Below are positions 24,143-36,938 of a DNA stretch of 64,000 nt, piece by piece. The notes beneath the pieces are model-generated. The model was not told the origin of the DNA and ran no database searches. It was given only the letters and a program-made list of their open reading frames with translations. The translations under genes were made by a program, and so were the position numbers. Source of the stretch: Lophium mytilinum (Eukaryota); the NCBI GenBank assembly GCA_010093605.1, contig MU004186.1, forward strand, positions 972,616 to 1,036,615. Reading direction: 5' to 3'. The first letter of the stretch is position 1. Each line of letters begins with the position of its first letter.

Positions 24143-26386
24143 ATGCCTACCGAATCCACATATCCAACCATCGATATCCCCGGCCTCGATCTCTGGGACT
24201 TCCTTTTTAATCGCAAAGACAAGGCTTTCCCGGATGACAAGGGTAAACCATCCACTTTTCTGGCCTTCGTTGGTACGCCAGCTCACACGACCACCCAACA
24301 GTCATTTACCGCGATCCCGAAACCTCCCGCTTCTACACCTATGCCCAAACCCGCGATGCAGCCATCACTTTCGGCAGAGGCCTCAGAGCCCAGTGGCGCT
24401 GGAAGAAGGGTGACGTCCTCGCATTGTACACTCCCAATTGCATCGACACTCCTGCTGTGACATGGGGACTGCATTGGGCCGGTGGCATCCTGACGCCTGC
24501 GAATCCTGGCTATACTGTCGATGAATTGGCGTTCCAGCTGCACGACTCGAAAGCGAGTGCTATTGTCACTCAGAAACCTTTTCTCAAGCAGGCATGTGCA
24601 GCAGCGAGAAAGGCCGGCATATCGGAAACGCGGGTCATCTTGATGGGTGACGAGCGTGACGAGACCGGTCGCTTCAAGCACTTCACGGACATCAGGTGCA
24701 CCAGGGGCATGAGTCGGTATCGAAAGTGCAAGATCGATCCCAAGAAGGACTTGGCATTCTTGGTCTACAGCTCTGGTACCACAGGGTGAGTTGCTTTTTA
24801 GAACCTAATACGTCTATGCTTGAGCTTCTCGTGGTACTGTGCAGGCACCGCAATTGCGGATTGGCCTTCCGAAAGTTTTGACGAGCCTGCGCGGTTGCTG
24901 ATTTGATTTATTCCAACACAGACTCCCCAAAGGCGTCATGCTCTCGCACGAGAACATAGTCGCGAATACCATGATGAATCAAGTTGGCGAGGGAAAGAAC
25001 CTTAGCTGGACAGGTGGATTCAACAATGGCGGGGATAAAATCCTAGCGTTCATCCCGTTCTTTCATATATACGTAAGACTACTCCTACTTTTCCCTTTGC
25101 TCTTGCAAGTCTATGTACGGGTCATCTATAGTCCAATTGCTAACAAAGTACTAGGGCCTAACCTGCCTAATCCACCACAGCCTCTACTCCGGCCTCGAGC
25201 TTGTCGTCATGGCCAAATTTGACCTCGACCGCTTCTGCCTCCACGTTCAAACTCACAAAATCACCTACACCTACGCTGTACCCCCCGTGATCCTCATGCT
25301 CGGCAAGTCCCCTGTTGTCGACAAATACGACCTTTCTAGTCTACGTATGCTCAAATCGGGGGCTGCTCCGTTGACAAAAGACCTCACGGACGCCGTCTAT
25401 AGACGTCTCGGGATCCCCATCAAGCAGGGCTACGGCCTCAGCGAGACCAGTCCTACCACGCATACGCAACGGTGGGAGGACTGGCACGTGCACATTGGCT
25501 CGGTGGGGAGGCTGCTGCCCAACCAGACGGCGAAGTATATCGATGATTTTGAGATTGAAGTACCGTTTGGGGAGACTGGTGAACTCTGCATCAAAGGGCC
25601 GAACGTTTTCCAAGGGTATCTCAACAATCCAGGCAGCACAAAGAACGCTTTCACTCGCGATGGCTACTTCAAGACCGGGGATGTTGGACACCAGGACACA
25701 GAGGGGAACTTCTACATCACCGACCGTGTCAAGGAACTCATCAAATACAAAGGCTTTCAAGTCCCGCCCGCTGAACTGGAAGGCATCCTTCTTGGTAACG
25801 AGGACGTCGAGGACGTGGCTGTGATTGGTATCTACGAGGAAGAGCGCGCGACCGAGGTATGCTCCGTTCCCTCTTGACGCCCTTCATTCAACCTAACAAC
25901 AGCCAGGTCCCCCGCGCCTACATCGTCCCCAAAGCCTCCCTACCCCCTTCCCCAGAAAGCGCCACCCGCATTAGCGACTGGCTGACCGCGCGCGTCGCGA
26001 ATCACAAACGCCTGCGCGGCGGCGTACGCTTCGTCTCCGAAATCCCAAAATCCACCTCTGGTAAAATCCTCCGGCGCGTGCTGAAAGACAGCCACGCCAA
26101 GGAAATCGAATCCGCGTTGTCCCAAAACAAGAAAGTTAACATGAATTTGGAACGATACCTGGAGCCAGCAGATGGGACGAGGTTGCGCAGTAGCAGTGTA
26201 ACGGTGAGACCGACACCGAGGCCGGTGTACGGAAGGCTGAGGAGCAGTTCCTTGGTCGTGCGACGGACGACGCAGAGCGTGGCTGGCCCCACCCCGACTG
26301 GGAGGGTCCAGGGCGAGTTGGCCGCAATGAAGTTGGAAAGAAGTAGGAGTTTGGCTGCTAGAAGGCCGGCTTTGGTTGAGACTTGA
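24143..26386 (+). CDS. Acyl-CoA ligase, 4-coumarate/phenylacetyl-CoA ligase family
   Basis: YSSGTTG|LPKG AMP-binding motif, QGYGLSET, FKTGD, DRVKELIKYKG, IPKSTSGKILRR; several introns. Confidence 0.95.
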
Positions 26387-26981
26387 AGGGTCTAGTGAGT
26401 TCACGGGGAAGTGTTGAGCCGGTATATATAATTGGAAAGGGGTTGCGTTAAGACCTTTAATGTTCCATTCGTGTTTAATGTGTATTGTTTTATCGTTTTA
26501 TTAGGAGGAGAGCAGAGGGCTGCGAGGTATATTTCGGTTGCTTAATGGGCGACACCGAATGTGTCATGCACGGCTAGAATCCGAGTACTGTAACGGGTTG
26601 CACTTGGTAGCGTTGAGATGTACTAGATTGTAATGAGCGATTGAAAGAGAGTTGAAATTGAAATGATAGCGAATCTTCTTGCTCGGTATCTAACTTTTGA
26701 AGGTTGCTTCGTAAGGTGAGCGAAAGAGAGGGCACGTGACATCAGGAAAGCATCAAACGGGAGCTCATCGCACAGCTCAAATATTGTGACAGCACTTCCA
26801 CAGTGGTTTTTGCGATATCTTTCTTTTGAAGAAGAGAGGCGATTAAGTATGTAGCGGAGACTTTCAAATGAGATATCACGTGCGGTTCAGTTTCTGGACC
26901 GCGAGTTCGTTCAACCATGCCCATCCACTATCCAACATCCATCCAGCATCCGTCCAACATCCATCCATCGTGCATCAACCT

Positions 26982-27883
26982 TTACCGGATTCCAACCTCG
27001 GACTTGCTCTCATCCCCCACTGTCACATTTCCGATATGCTGCCTGCTCACAAGCTGCAGCTCCAGCACACTCTTCGGCATGCCCACATGCGAAACTGCGC
27101 CTTTCCCCACATTAACGTTACCAATCTGCTGGTCCAGTTTCACGGACTCCAGTGTCTCTGACGCTCGATCGGATGCAGCCACGAAGTCAGCGCAGATTTC
27201 GGCTTGCAAGCGAAGCTCTTTCGCGGTTGCGTCCGCAATATCGGGATCAAGATCCACGTTCTCATCCACCTCTTGAGCTTCTGCTAGAACGTTCTCTCGC
27301 TCCTTCTGCGCATTGTCTTTCCACGCAGATAGTGTGCTTTTGATCTGGGCCATTTCCGTGGCTTTATTGGACTCAGATTTTTGCGGGTCATGGCGCCATA
27401 GAGATTTCCTAGTCACCCCGTTAGCATTCTTCACTTATGAAAGTATGGCTAACAAGCGATTACTCACACCGTGAGAATACTAAGAGCAAACTCAAGTAGC
27501 TTTTGCGTTGTCCGTATCTGCGAGACGTGTCGTTCGATCTTTGCCTTGTTATGACGGACGGTCATCCTGCTTCGCCAACTCCCTATACCTCTCTTCATCT
27601 ACTGCTCAAAGTTTGATACAAGGCTCTTGCAAGCTGCGTCGCAATCGTTGAGGGCCTTCGCTAGGCCAATATCGTTGAGGTCTTTCTGGGTAGCCTCGTC
27701 TGCACTTTTCAAGACAGAGAGGCTTCTCAAGCACGGTTCCAATCTTTCCAGTTCGGTTCGAATATCTCCAACTTGCTGTGGCACATCTTGTAAATCCTTG
27801 ATGTACTGGTACAGCGCGTTGATGCCTTTTAGACCCACATCCGCAGTTCCGATAATCGCTAAAGCTTCTCCAATCCCCGCCAT
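26982..27883 (-). pseudogene. HeLo-like/SesA-type (fungal STAND N-terminal) effector with two C-terminal HET-s-like amyloid repeats; premature stop
   Basis: MAGIGEALAIIGTADVGLKGINALYQYIKDLQDVPQQV...ELERL helical N-terminus. In-frame TAG at 27599-27601 with the frame open on both sides. Intron 27409-27467. Repeats QQIGNVNVGKGAVSHVG and QHIGNVTVGDESKSEVG at 26985-27137. Confidence 0.85.
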
Positions 27884-28530
27884 TGAGAGTTTTGCGAGGA
27901 TTCTATACAGCACCGGGGTTAGACTCTTCATACTTTCTTTCCACCTCTACAGGTGGATGCTCTTGCGAGGTAGAGGTCAATGAACACCACCAACTTACGT
28001 CCTCTTCTCAGACCCGGGGTCACAGCAACGACTCTGCGTCGTTGGGAAGCGCCGGGACAAGAGTCTCTGTGATCCTGGACGCCAATGTTTGAGGTCCTTG
28101 TTGCGTCTTCAGGAATCCAGTCGAGGTGTAATAACCAAGACAACGCAAATAAGATCGGCCTCGAAGAAACTTGATCGACTTGCGTTTGGGTGCTCGTAAG
28201 GACAATACTATGATCAAGCGATCTTTCCCAGTAGAACTAAGCCGAGCTTTTTCCGGCACTTGAAGAAGCTGCTTCCGCCTGATGTGGCCGCTCCGCCTGT
28301 GGATTCAGCTCAGCCCCGAGTCGCGAAATGTGTAAAGTGGTTTCTGCTGATACGCTCGATGCCTGTTCTTCATGCCGATCCATGTGCTAGCGTCCTTTAT
28401 ATGAGCCACCTCACAACAGCTTTCCCGCCCTAGACGAACGACCCTACCTACAACCCCCTCGCTGTGGTGAAGCTCGACCATTATATCTCCGCCCGAGTGT
28501 TCCTATCCAGAAGCGGAGTTTTGGCAAACC

Positions 28531-31524
28531 ATGTCGGCAGATCAAAAGGGCACATGAGCCGATAAGTCAGACGGTAGGCAACGTGACAACTATTAGTGCA
28601 GGTGCACACACGGAGATTAAGTTAACACTGGGCGACCAGAGTAAGGCCATTCACTCGCCTCTGCTGCGAATCGCGCTGAAAATGGCTAATTCTCATAGCT
28701 GCGAAACGTCAGACTCTTCAGAAATGGTTTGCACCTTGGCTATTCGATGGTGATAGTACGAGTCGGACACAACCGGATATCCTGGAAGAGCGTCGAAGTC
28801 TATCCGCTTCAGGGTGCGGTACTTGGCTCACGGAAGGCGTTCTGCCTGAATGGCTAAGATCTAGCAATGATTCTCTCTGGCTACACGGGAGTGTGGGATG
28901 CGGCAAAAGCATACTATGCTCTCAAGTAATTGGATACTTTCAAGAACGTCTGGGATCTGATATCACACCTACGCACCATCTTGTGGTACCGGCCTTTTTT
29001 GCATTTGACTTGAAATACACGCATCTCTCGGGTTTTCTAGCCCGAACACTGCTCGCAAAGCTATGCGCACTTGAGCATGTCCCCCTCGAGATCGAAGAAG
29101 CGTACCAATCTACTACATCTGCCTCGAATCTTGTCAATATCGCCGCAATAGTCAGGAATATATTGGCTGAACTCAACGAGGACGCCGTACAGAAGACATC
29201 AAGCCTAAGCACTATCAAGAAGAAGCCTATCAATCTCGTTCTCATCCTCGATGCTATTAACGAGATACCGGAGGAGCGACAGCAAAGAAATCTTCACTTC
29301 ATAAACCAGCTTGTTCGTATGAACGGCGATGGCCAGCAGATTCGTTTACGCATGTTGCTATTGAGCCGTAAAAATCCCATCATACAGCATCATTGTGCGC
29401 CAGAGCAAGGATGGCAGCATACGTGCATTCCGAAAAGGGAAGTTCATGGTGATATACGGACAGCGGTGCAAAGTCGGCTTCGTCGTCACCGGAGCTTGCG
29501 CGAAGACAGCAGGGCAAAGGCAGGAGATGCCGTCAATTCTGAAATCTTGGAAAAGGCAGGCGGAATACAAGTAATACTCATCTTTTGGATGCTCATTGGC
29601 TAACGAATACAGATTTCGCCTTGCGGGCTTGTACTTGGACGAGATAGACCACAAAATACAACAGTAGAATGTAGTCATCGACGAGTTCCGTTCCTTGATT
29701 GAGAGCATGCCTACCGGTCTCGACCAGTTCTTGTTGGATGAAAAAGCACACCCCGCCTAAGATTAGGGGGACCGGAAAATAAGCGATATTATAACACTCC
29801 AACAGTTCTACCATAGTATCCTGAGCAAGATTGAAGACGAGACCTTGCGCCGACATATCGCCCATGCGCTTCGCTGGGTGCTGTGTGCAGCCAGACCTCT
29901 GCTGACGGAAGAATTGGTCGAGGCCTGTGCGATGCTTCATCAGCCTCACGAGCGTCTGGCGCTAAGGCTGAGTCACGACGATATCTTCGATCCTCTTAGT
30001 GGACTGCTCACAATTTAATCGTCATTGAAGGGCAAACGTGCTGTGCGCTTAGCACACGCTTCTGTTGGCGATTACCTGGGTAGGTTGTACCAGATGGAGC
30101 AAAACATCTTGAAAGACTGGAGCATGGAGGCTTCTTTCTTCTCGCGACACGAGGCGCACTTCCAGCTCACCAAATATTGCTTCGCCTATCTTGTATATGC
30201 CTTCGAGGCTCGAAATGAAGACATAGTAGTCGATGAAGGCGATGGGCGCGCCGCCGTAGATCTGGATGGTCACAGCGATCTGATATCTAGGTTTCCAATG
30301 CTGGAGTATGTGCTATCCTGTTGGTCCTACCATGCGGCATCTCATATTCAGGATTCTGCGCAAACCTGGCGGCAACGCCTCATCTCGTCCGACATTAAGG
30401 AATCGATCCAAAGTCGAAAGACGGTGCTCAGAAACGGGGGCTTCGATCTTTCGTTTCTTTGGAATTTTATCGTGCTCTTGATGCTATGGTCTTTTCGGCT
30501 CATAGCGGGTAAACTCTTGCAAAGCGCAATCTACACAGAGCTCGACTCAGTCTCCCTGCTCGCATTGGAGCGTAGGACATCAAACTCATCCAGGGCAGGC
30601 CTAACTTATCGCAAATGCCCTCAGCTTAATAGTTTCCTACTCTCACAAGTGAAACGTATCGCAGATTCTGCGTTGACTCGTGGGCAGCAAGATGCTCTCT
30701 TTGCAAAGGCATTACGCTCTCCGAATGCTGCCTTCGAGTCAGTCTTTGGCGATCAACTTCACTTTGGTATCGGATTTGACCAGTACCCCAGAGCTTCAAG
30801 ACTCCTCGCTATCCATCCCTCGCAAGACCCACGCTCACACGTTTCATGCAGCTTAGTCACCGACTCCCTAGAAAATTTGGCACAGTACGAGTTCGTTTCC
30901 TCCGAATAGGACAACCTGGATCAACACGAACTAAGTTACGTCAACGGTCGAGCTATAGAGATCAGGACGAAGACGCCTGCTAAAGCCTTGCGCCGCTTAC
31001 GTCGAGCCTCCGATACTCGCGTGGTCTGGTTCGGTCCAATCTGTAAGAGCGATGAAAAGACTTCGCTGCTCAATTCGATGGCGATCGTGAAGAGGCTTAA
31101 TGACGACCGATTAGCACTTGCAGAGGAGTTTGAGGACTACTTCGCAATCACAAGGAGGCTTTGGGACTACTTACCATTCGGTGAACTGACAGTGACAATG
31201 AGTGTCACTGAACCCATCAAGATGTCGGACGACTTGGAACTTTTCGAACTAATAAAGTATGCCACTAGAACCATCATGTGGAAGGATCAAGATCAAATGA
31301 TGCGCCTTGAAGATCACTCTGAGTCTACAGTCACGAAATCTATAGAGCCTAGGCAGTCATCCGCAATGGACTTTCCAGTGGGCTTTACAGACAGATCCCC
31401 GCCTGTCGAGAAACCTCGACCTAGCAGAAAGGCGCCGTACAGCTTACGCAACACACTCCTAAGCCTCCTCTTATATACCGCCTTTCTGACTATGGTCTAT
31501 GTATTCGTAAACGCACTCTCTTGA
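28531..31524 (+). pseudogene. NACHT NLR-like gene: N-terminal amyloid motif, NACHT, winged helix, degenerate HET domain, C-terminal hydrophobic tail
   Basis: Exon 1 ISQTVGNVTTISAGAHTEI; intron 28641-28698; Walker A LWLHGSVGCGKS; Walker B LILDAINE; ALRWVLCAARPL..EL and VRLAHASVGDYL. Frameshift at ~28544-28550; stops at 29665, 30016 and 30907. Confidence 0.88.
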
Positions 31525-31697
31525 TGACGGCGTAGAACCTGATTTTAGTGCTGGCCTTCTCCAGTCATTTTCTCATATAGCTACTCCAGAGATGTTGAAC
31601 TGATGCTTTAATGCTAGTTCTCGATACCAAATCACTATGGATACAGTACTCATCCTTATCCCTTCTCGCCCCTCAAACACCACCCCAGAACACGACC

Positions 31698-33673
31698 TCA
31701 CCTACCCTCTAAAATATCATCCGCAATCTTCTCCCCAAGCGCATAGCACGTGCTCTGGGGATGTCCTGGCGGCAGGAACGGGAAAATACTCGCATCCACC
31801 ACCCTCAAGCCCTTAACCCCAAAAACCTTCGCCGTCGAATCCACCACCGCCTTCGGATCCCCAGCCTTCCCCATCGCACACGTTGCAGACGCATGCCAGA
31901 CCTGGAGCGCGCTGTTGCGGATGAAATCGATAATATCGGCGTCGCTCGTCACGTTCGAGCCGGGAAGATACTCGGTGCCGCGAACCGCGATGTTATTCCA
32001 GACCTCACGCGTGCGCTTGAAAGCCGCAAGGGCCACTTCGACGTCTGCAGGGTGGGTCAGCCAATTGGGGTTGATGACAGGCGCGTCGTTTGTGTCTGCG
32101 CTGGTGATGGTGACGTTGCCGCGGGAAAGGGGCGCGACGAGAGCCGCGCCTACGGAACCGTACTGAGAACTGTCGACGAACTGGTCCAGTGCGTTGCGCC
32201 AGTATCCGAGGACGCCGTCTAAGCCCATGTATTCGATTTCGGGCCAATCGGAGGGGAAGCTGTTCAAAGCGGCAATCGTATCCTTGCTGAGACTGCGACG
32301 AACGTTGTCGGGGAGCTTCTCCCAGCCAATGACTCCGACACCGTTTGCAGTCAGCATGCCGGTGCCGGAGGCGTAGTCTACGACGGCCTCCGCGGCGAAA
32401 GCGACGTCGTTGGTGAGGCGAGAGGCCGTCGTGACGCCAATGCGACTGACGGTGCCGAAGAAGACGTGGTCCCACATGTTTTGGCCGACACCAGCAAGAT
32501 CTGAAATGAGTGGAATACTCAGTCCTTCGAGGGTTGCCCGCGGTCCAATTCCAGACACCATAAGAAGTTGGGGTGATTGGAAAGCGCCGGCAGAGATGAT
32601 GACCTCCTTGCGGGCAGTAAGTGTCCACTTGGCACCGGCTTGCTCGACCTGTACGCCACTAGCGACGGTGGTGTTCTTGAATAGAATTTTCTTGGCCATA
32701 GTCAGGGGGTAGACTGTGATTTTAGTGTTTGCCATCGCTTGTTTGAGGAAACTTGTTTCCGAAGAGTCGCGTGCTTCGCCATTAGGATTGATTGTGCTCG
32801 CGATCCATGACGATCCGGTCAAACTCCCGCTGTTATGGTCGTTGCCTGGTTTGACGCCGATTGCTATGAGACCAAGTTCAACCCATGATGATAACGGTGA
32901 TGCCCAGTTTGGCCAAGAAATCTGGAGTGGACCGCCTAAGGAGTTGTCGAATACGTTGGCATTGTACGTTACGGTGGCATTCGCGAATCGCTCGGTGGTG
33001 TTCGGAGGCGTGAGCGTGCAGCTCTTCTCAAAGTACGGCAGGAGGTTGTCCCAGGCGTAGCTGTCATCTCCAACTTGGTCCGCCCATTTCTGATACGAGC
33101 CTTTCGTGCCTCTGGATTCAATTAGCACGAATGAAAGACCAGTAAACGATCGAATTCGAAGAAAATAGCCTCAACAGTCGCCATCATACATAGGGTCGAG
33201 TTTGAAACCTTGCTTACCTATGATATACCAGGAAATGGCGTGCAGAGCTTCCACCCAGACACTTCCCTCGAGCATAATGCATCTTTCGATTCGCAGCGCC
33301 CTAATATGTTGTCAGTCAAAGCGAAAATGGCAAGCTCTCAGCATGTATCTCATACAGCTTGAGGTGTCGTCACAAACCCCCAGTCAATCAAATCAGTATC
33401 AGATGGATCCGTTCCAGTCGCTTGGATTGCAGCAAACCCTGGGATGATGCTGAGTGGGTTGAGCGTCTCGTAGGATCCACCAGCTTCCACGACTGCGACC
33501 GAAATGGAGGAATTAGCAGCTAGCCTCGCAGCTAGGGTAAGTCCTGACGTTCCACCACCAACGACGACATAATCGTATGTCGCAGACACAAAAGGAACTC
33601 CGTATGAGCCAGAGAGAACACCAGGAACGAGAATGAGCAACGCCAAAGCGAAGGAAAACACCAATGGAAACAT
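31698..33673 (-). CDS. Secreted GMC oxidoreductase (AA3)
   Basis: Signal peptide; YDYVVVGGGTSG FAD motif; SAGAFQSPQLLMVSGIG; WHASATCAMG; GLRVVDAS; GHP second catalytic His. Confidence 0.95.
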
Positions 33674-35290
33674 GGCGAGACACTAGAACTGATGGAAACG
33701 AGTGATGATTTCTGGGAGGTGATCTTGCAACGCTGCGCAATGATGATATACAGCTCTGATATGAAGTCTAGGAGGTGGGCGACCTCACATGCCTACCGCG
33801 GGTTTCCGCTTGAGATTGGACCGATGCCAGTCGAGTGTCAAGCCTGCACAAAAGCCATCTCCGCGTAGCCCTTGAGAGAACCATATTTGTTGGACTATAG
33901 CCTGCAATTCAACCACATTCATGGGCTCAGAACAGCTAATGCACTCTTCTGAAGATGTATAATTAGCATAAGAGGCTGGCGGAGCGGGACCCGATGCAGG
34001 GGCGCAACCGCTGGCCACTGGCTTGCTGAGCATGATCGGAAATTGCAAAGGTCGGCAGCTGGTTTAGAGACATATCCCCGGTTGAAGACTACCATGTCAG
34101 AAGCACGTGAATGCTGCAGGTACATTATGACTCGCGACCCGTGTGAATGATGGGCATCGCGGGGATGCACTCCAAATGCTCCACATACACACGGTCTAAT
34201 TCAACGTGCCCTCGGCAACTACTAGATCCCCACCTGGAGTTACCCGGGTGATTGCATGTATAGGGTGACCTGTGCTTCAGCGGTAGTGCTGTGCTTTCCA
34301 TGGCTACGGGGCCGAGTTGCTGGAAAAGGCCAACTTTTAGACGACATTTCTGGCCCCGGTGCGTCGGTTTGAACACGACCGAGCAGCATGTGAGAGAGGC
34401 AAGATTCCGATGAGAATATTATTTGAGTTTGCGCAATGCGTTTGGTGATGGATGGTAGTTGAAGATACTGTAGCTGTGTACATAGGTAGTGCTATTAGGG
34501 GCCCGGGCCGCTTCCGTCCCGTTCCGACCTCGGACGAGGAGACGCTTGGGGCATCATCCATTCCCTCCTTTCTTTCCATCCTCCTCATTGCCCTATCTTT
34601 CGGAGACTTCGAGGGGCATGGGCCTGACATCCTCGAGATGCCATACTTCGCCTTTCGTACGCGGAGATCATGGTGAGTAAAAGTAGACGGTATCTGTTAG
34701 AACATCAGCGTACGCACCTTTCATGAGCTCGCAGCGCTTCCGCCATGGGACTCCAATGTACGAAAACTTTTCGTGCTACAGAAAATTCCTTCACTGATTT
34801 TCACTTTGAACTTCAGAGGTTCGGGCGATAGAATCAGCGAATAGAGCTTCCAATTGCTGCCAGGCAACCAAGATGCTTCGTATGTACGACCCTCGCGCAC
34901 GAGTCCTTGAAAAGCAATATCTCTAGGTCTTTGGATAAGGCTTAGAATCTAGAGACTCATCATTCGAGGACCTCAAGCAGTGGTAGACGAGTATGCAAAT
35001 ATCTGTATCGCAGTCTTCTATCGTTCTTGCTCCCAAAAATACTCGCTCTCGAAGCGTACTGCCTTAATTTCGGTCTCCAGAAGGTTACTGCCCACTGAAC
35101 TCATGCCGCCGAGCCCGGACACTCAATCTACCTCTTCTGCCCTTCCTCGCCATTTTCAACCTCATCATCAATCGTCAGCAACCATCTTCCAATCGCTATA
35201 AAAACCTGCAATCGCTATCCAAGCTATCAGTTGCTATCCGAGCTATTAACTCGCATCCTGATCCATCATTTACTCATTAAACCACACATC

Positions 35291-36328
35291 ATGGTCACCA
35301 CACCGTCCATCACCACTATTCGTAGCCGAAGAGCGGTTTCTTTGCTTGTCGATGACCTCACCCATACGCGGAACAGGAAGCCAGAGCTCTTTCTCGACGT
35401 CCAAGGCACCGATTTCTGCATTTACGATGTCGGCGTCATAACTATCTTCTTGCCTGCGAGGGACCACGTATACACTATTTTTGTCGACGGCCCTGCGACT
35501 TTCTCATACCCCGGCAAAGACGGCACAACGATCAAAGGTCTTCTTGAAGATCCCACTCTCTGCAAAGGCTTCTTCGATGTTCGCAAAGCTGCCAACGCCC
35601 TCTATCGTCATTTCGGCATCACCCTCCAAGGCGTCATGGATATCCAACTAATGCAATGCTCGCTGCAAAAGTGGAAAAATAATTCGCTAAGAACCTTGCT
35701 CAGTCTAGGGGACTGTGTCGAACGACAACTCCCAATAGTGGGGCCCGACGTGAAGCAGATGTGGAGAGAGACAGCAATCAAGGCGAGCCATGAGCTGATT
35801 CGGGACAAAGGAGGCATGGAGATGGCGTGGTTCACTGCTCGCCCACTACCAGTTGAAATGCGGAAATACACGATGCAGCAGGTGCAGATCTTGGCGATGC
35901 TCTGCGAAGACTATTGGCAAAGAATGGACGACAAACAGAAGGATTTTGTGTTCGTCAGGTCTTCGGAGGTAGTGATGAAGAGCCTGAAAATAGAACGCAA
36001 TGTTGCCGAGGAGGTGGAAAGGTTGTTACCGTGGTGGGAGAGTGGGAAAGCCGAAAGTGACGTCGCCGAATTGCAGGCTAAACCTCCACGCACGATGAAC
36101 TGGACGGAGACCGAATACAAAACGGACCTGTTTACTAACAGGGCTACGGAGATTGAAGTGCCTGACTCAAAGCTGATTAAAAGATTCAAGAGTGGTGTAT
36201 TTCGACCAAATGAAATGGTCGATACTCCACAGAAGCCGATTCCACCCAGCGATCCAGGCTCAAGTGGTGGAAAGAGTGTTCAGTTCTCGACGCCTTCGTC
36301 ATCGACAGACATTCAGACTCCTTTGTAG
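35291..36328 (+). CDS. 3'-5' exonuclease (DEDDy) family protein with degenerate active site
   Basis: LFLDVQG, KGFFDVRKAANALY, GVMDIQLM and RPLP..YTMQQV follow the fungal DEDDy exonuclease layout. Confidence 0.8.
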   Translation: MVTTPSITTIRSRRAVSLLVDDLTHTRNRKPELFLDVQGTDFCIYDVGVITIFLPARDHVYTIFVDGPATFSYPGKDGTTIKGLLEDPTLCKGFFDVRKAANALYRHFGITLQGVMDIQLMQCSLQKWKNNSLRTLLSLGDCVERQLPIVGPDVKQMWRETAIKASHELIRDKGGMEMAWFTARPLPVEMRKYTMQQVQILAMLCEDYWQRMDDKQKDFVFVRSSEVVMKSLKIERNVAEEVERLLPWWESGKAESDVAELQAKPPRTMNWTETEYKTDLFTNRATEIEVPDSKLIKRFKSGVFRPNEMVDTPQKPIPPSDPGSSGGKSVQFSTPSSSTDIQTPL

Positions 36329-36938
36329 GCTCTAAGGTGCCAATTTGTGCTCACAGCATTCCATCATTGATCTTGAGTTTCCAACTGTGCACACCAATTT
36401 ACCACCGTATATGGCCTGGTAAGCTATTAGGCGTTCCAATTCATTCCATTCCCACACATCATCATAGACTTGTGCACATTGTTCTGCCACTGCTTGTAGT
36501 GCCTCATGATATGATGCGGTCCCTGGATCAGATCGAGTCCAAAGATTTTGGACAAAGGGTAAACTTGCGAGGCCACCCCGACAGTGGCAGAGTAACGTAC
36601 ACAACTGGGAGCTGTGATTTCCGTGCTATTCACTAAACCGAAGCGCTACATGCCCTGGCTGCAAAGCGAGCACGAATTCAAGACGAGGCATTCTACTATC
36701 TCTATCTCCCTACACTCACTACCATAGAAAACATTTCCCGTCCGTTGAACTACTCCGACCCGTGACCATTTTCGGCTAGGCGCGTCTGTTTGCGTATCCA
36801 CAGCGACGTGTCGACACGTCTTCTACTTTCCTCGTAACTTCACTCCTACCTTTATGGGTCCCGCTAGACTGTTCTACGCTTAGCTCTGACAATAAGAACT
36901 CCGCCACTACCTCACCACAAGCCTCAAAGCTCTGCAGC

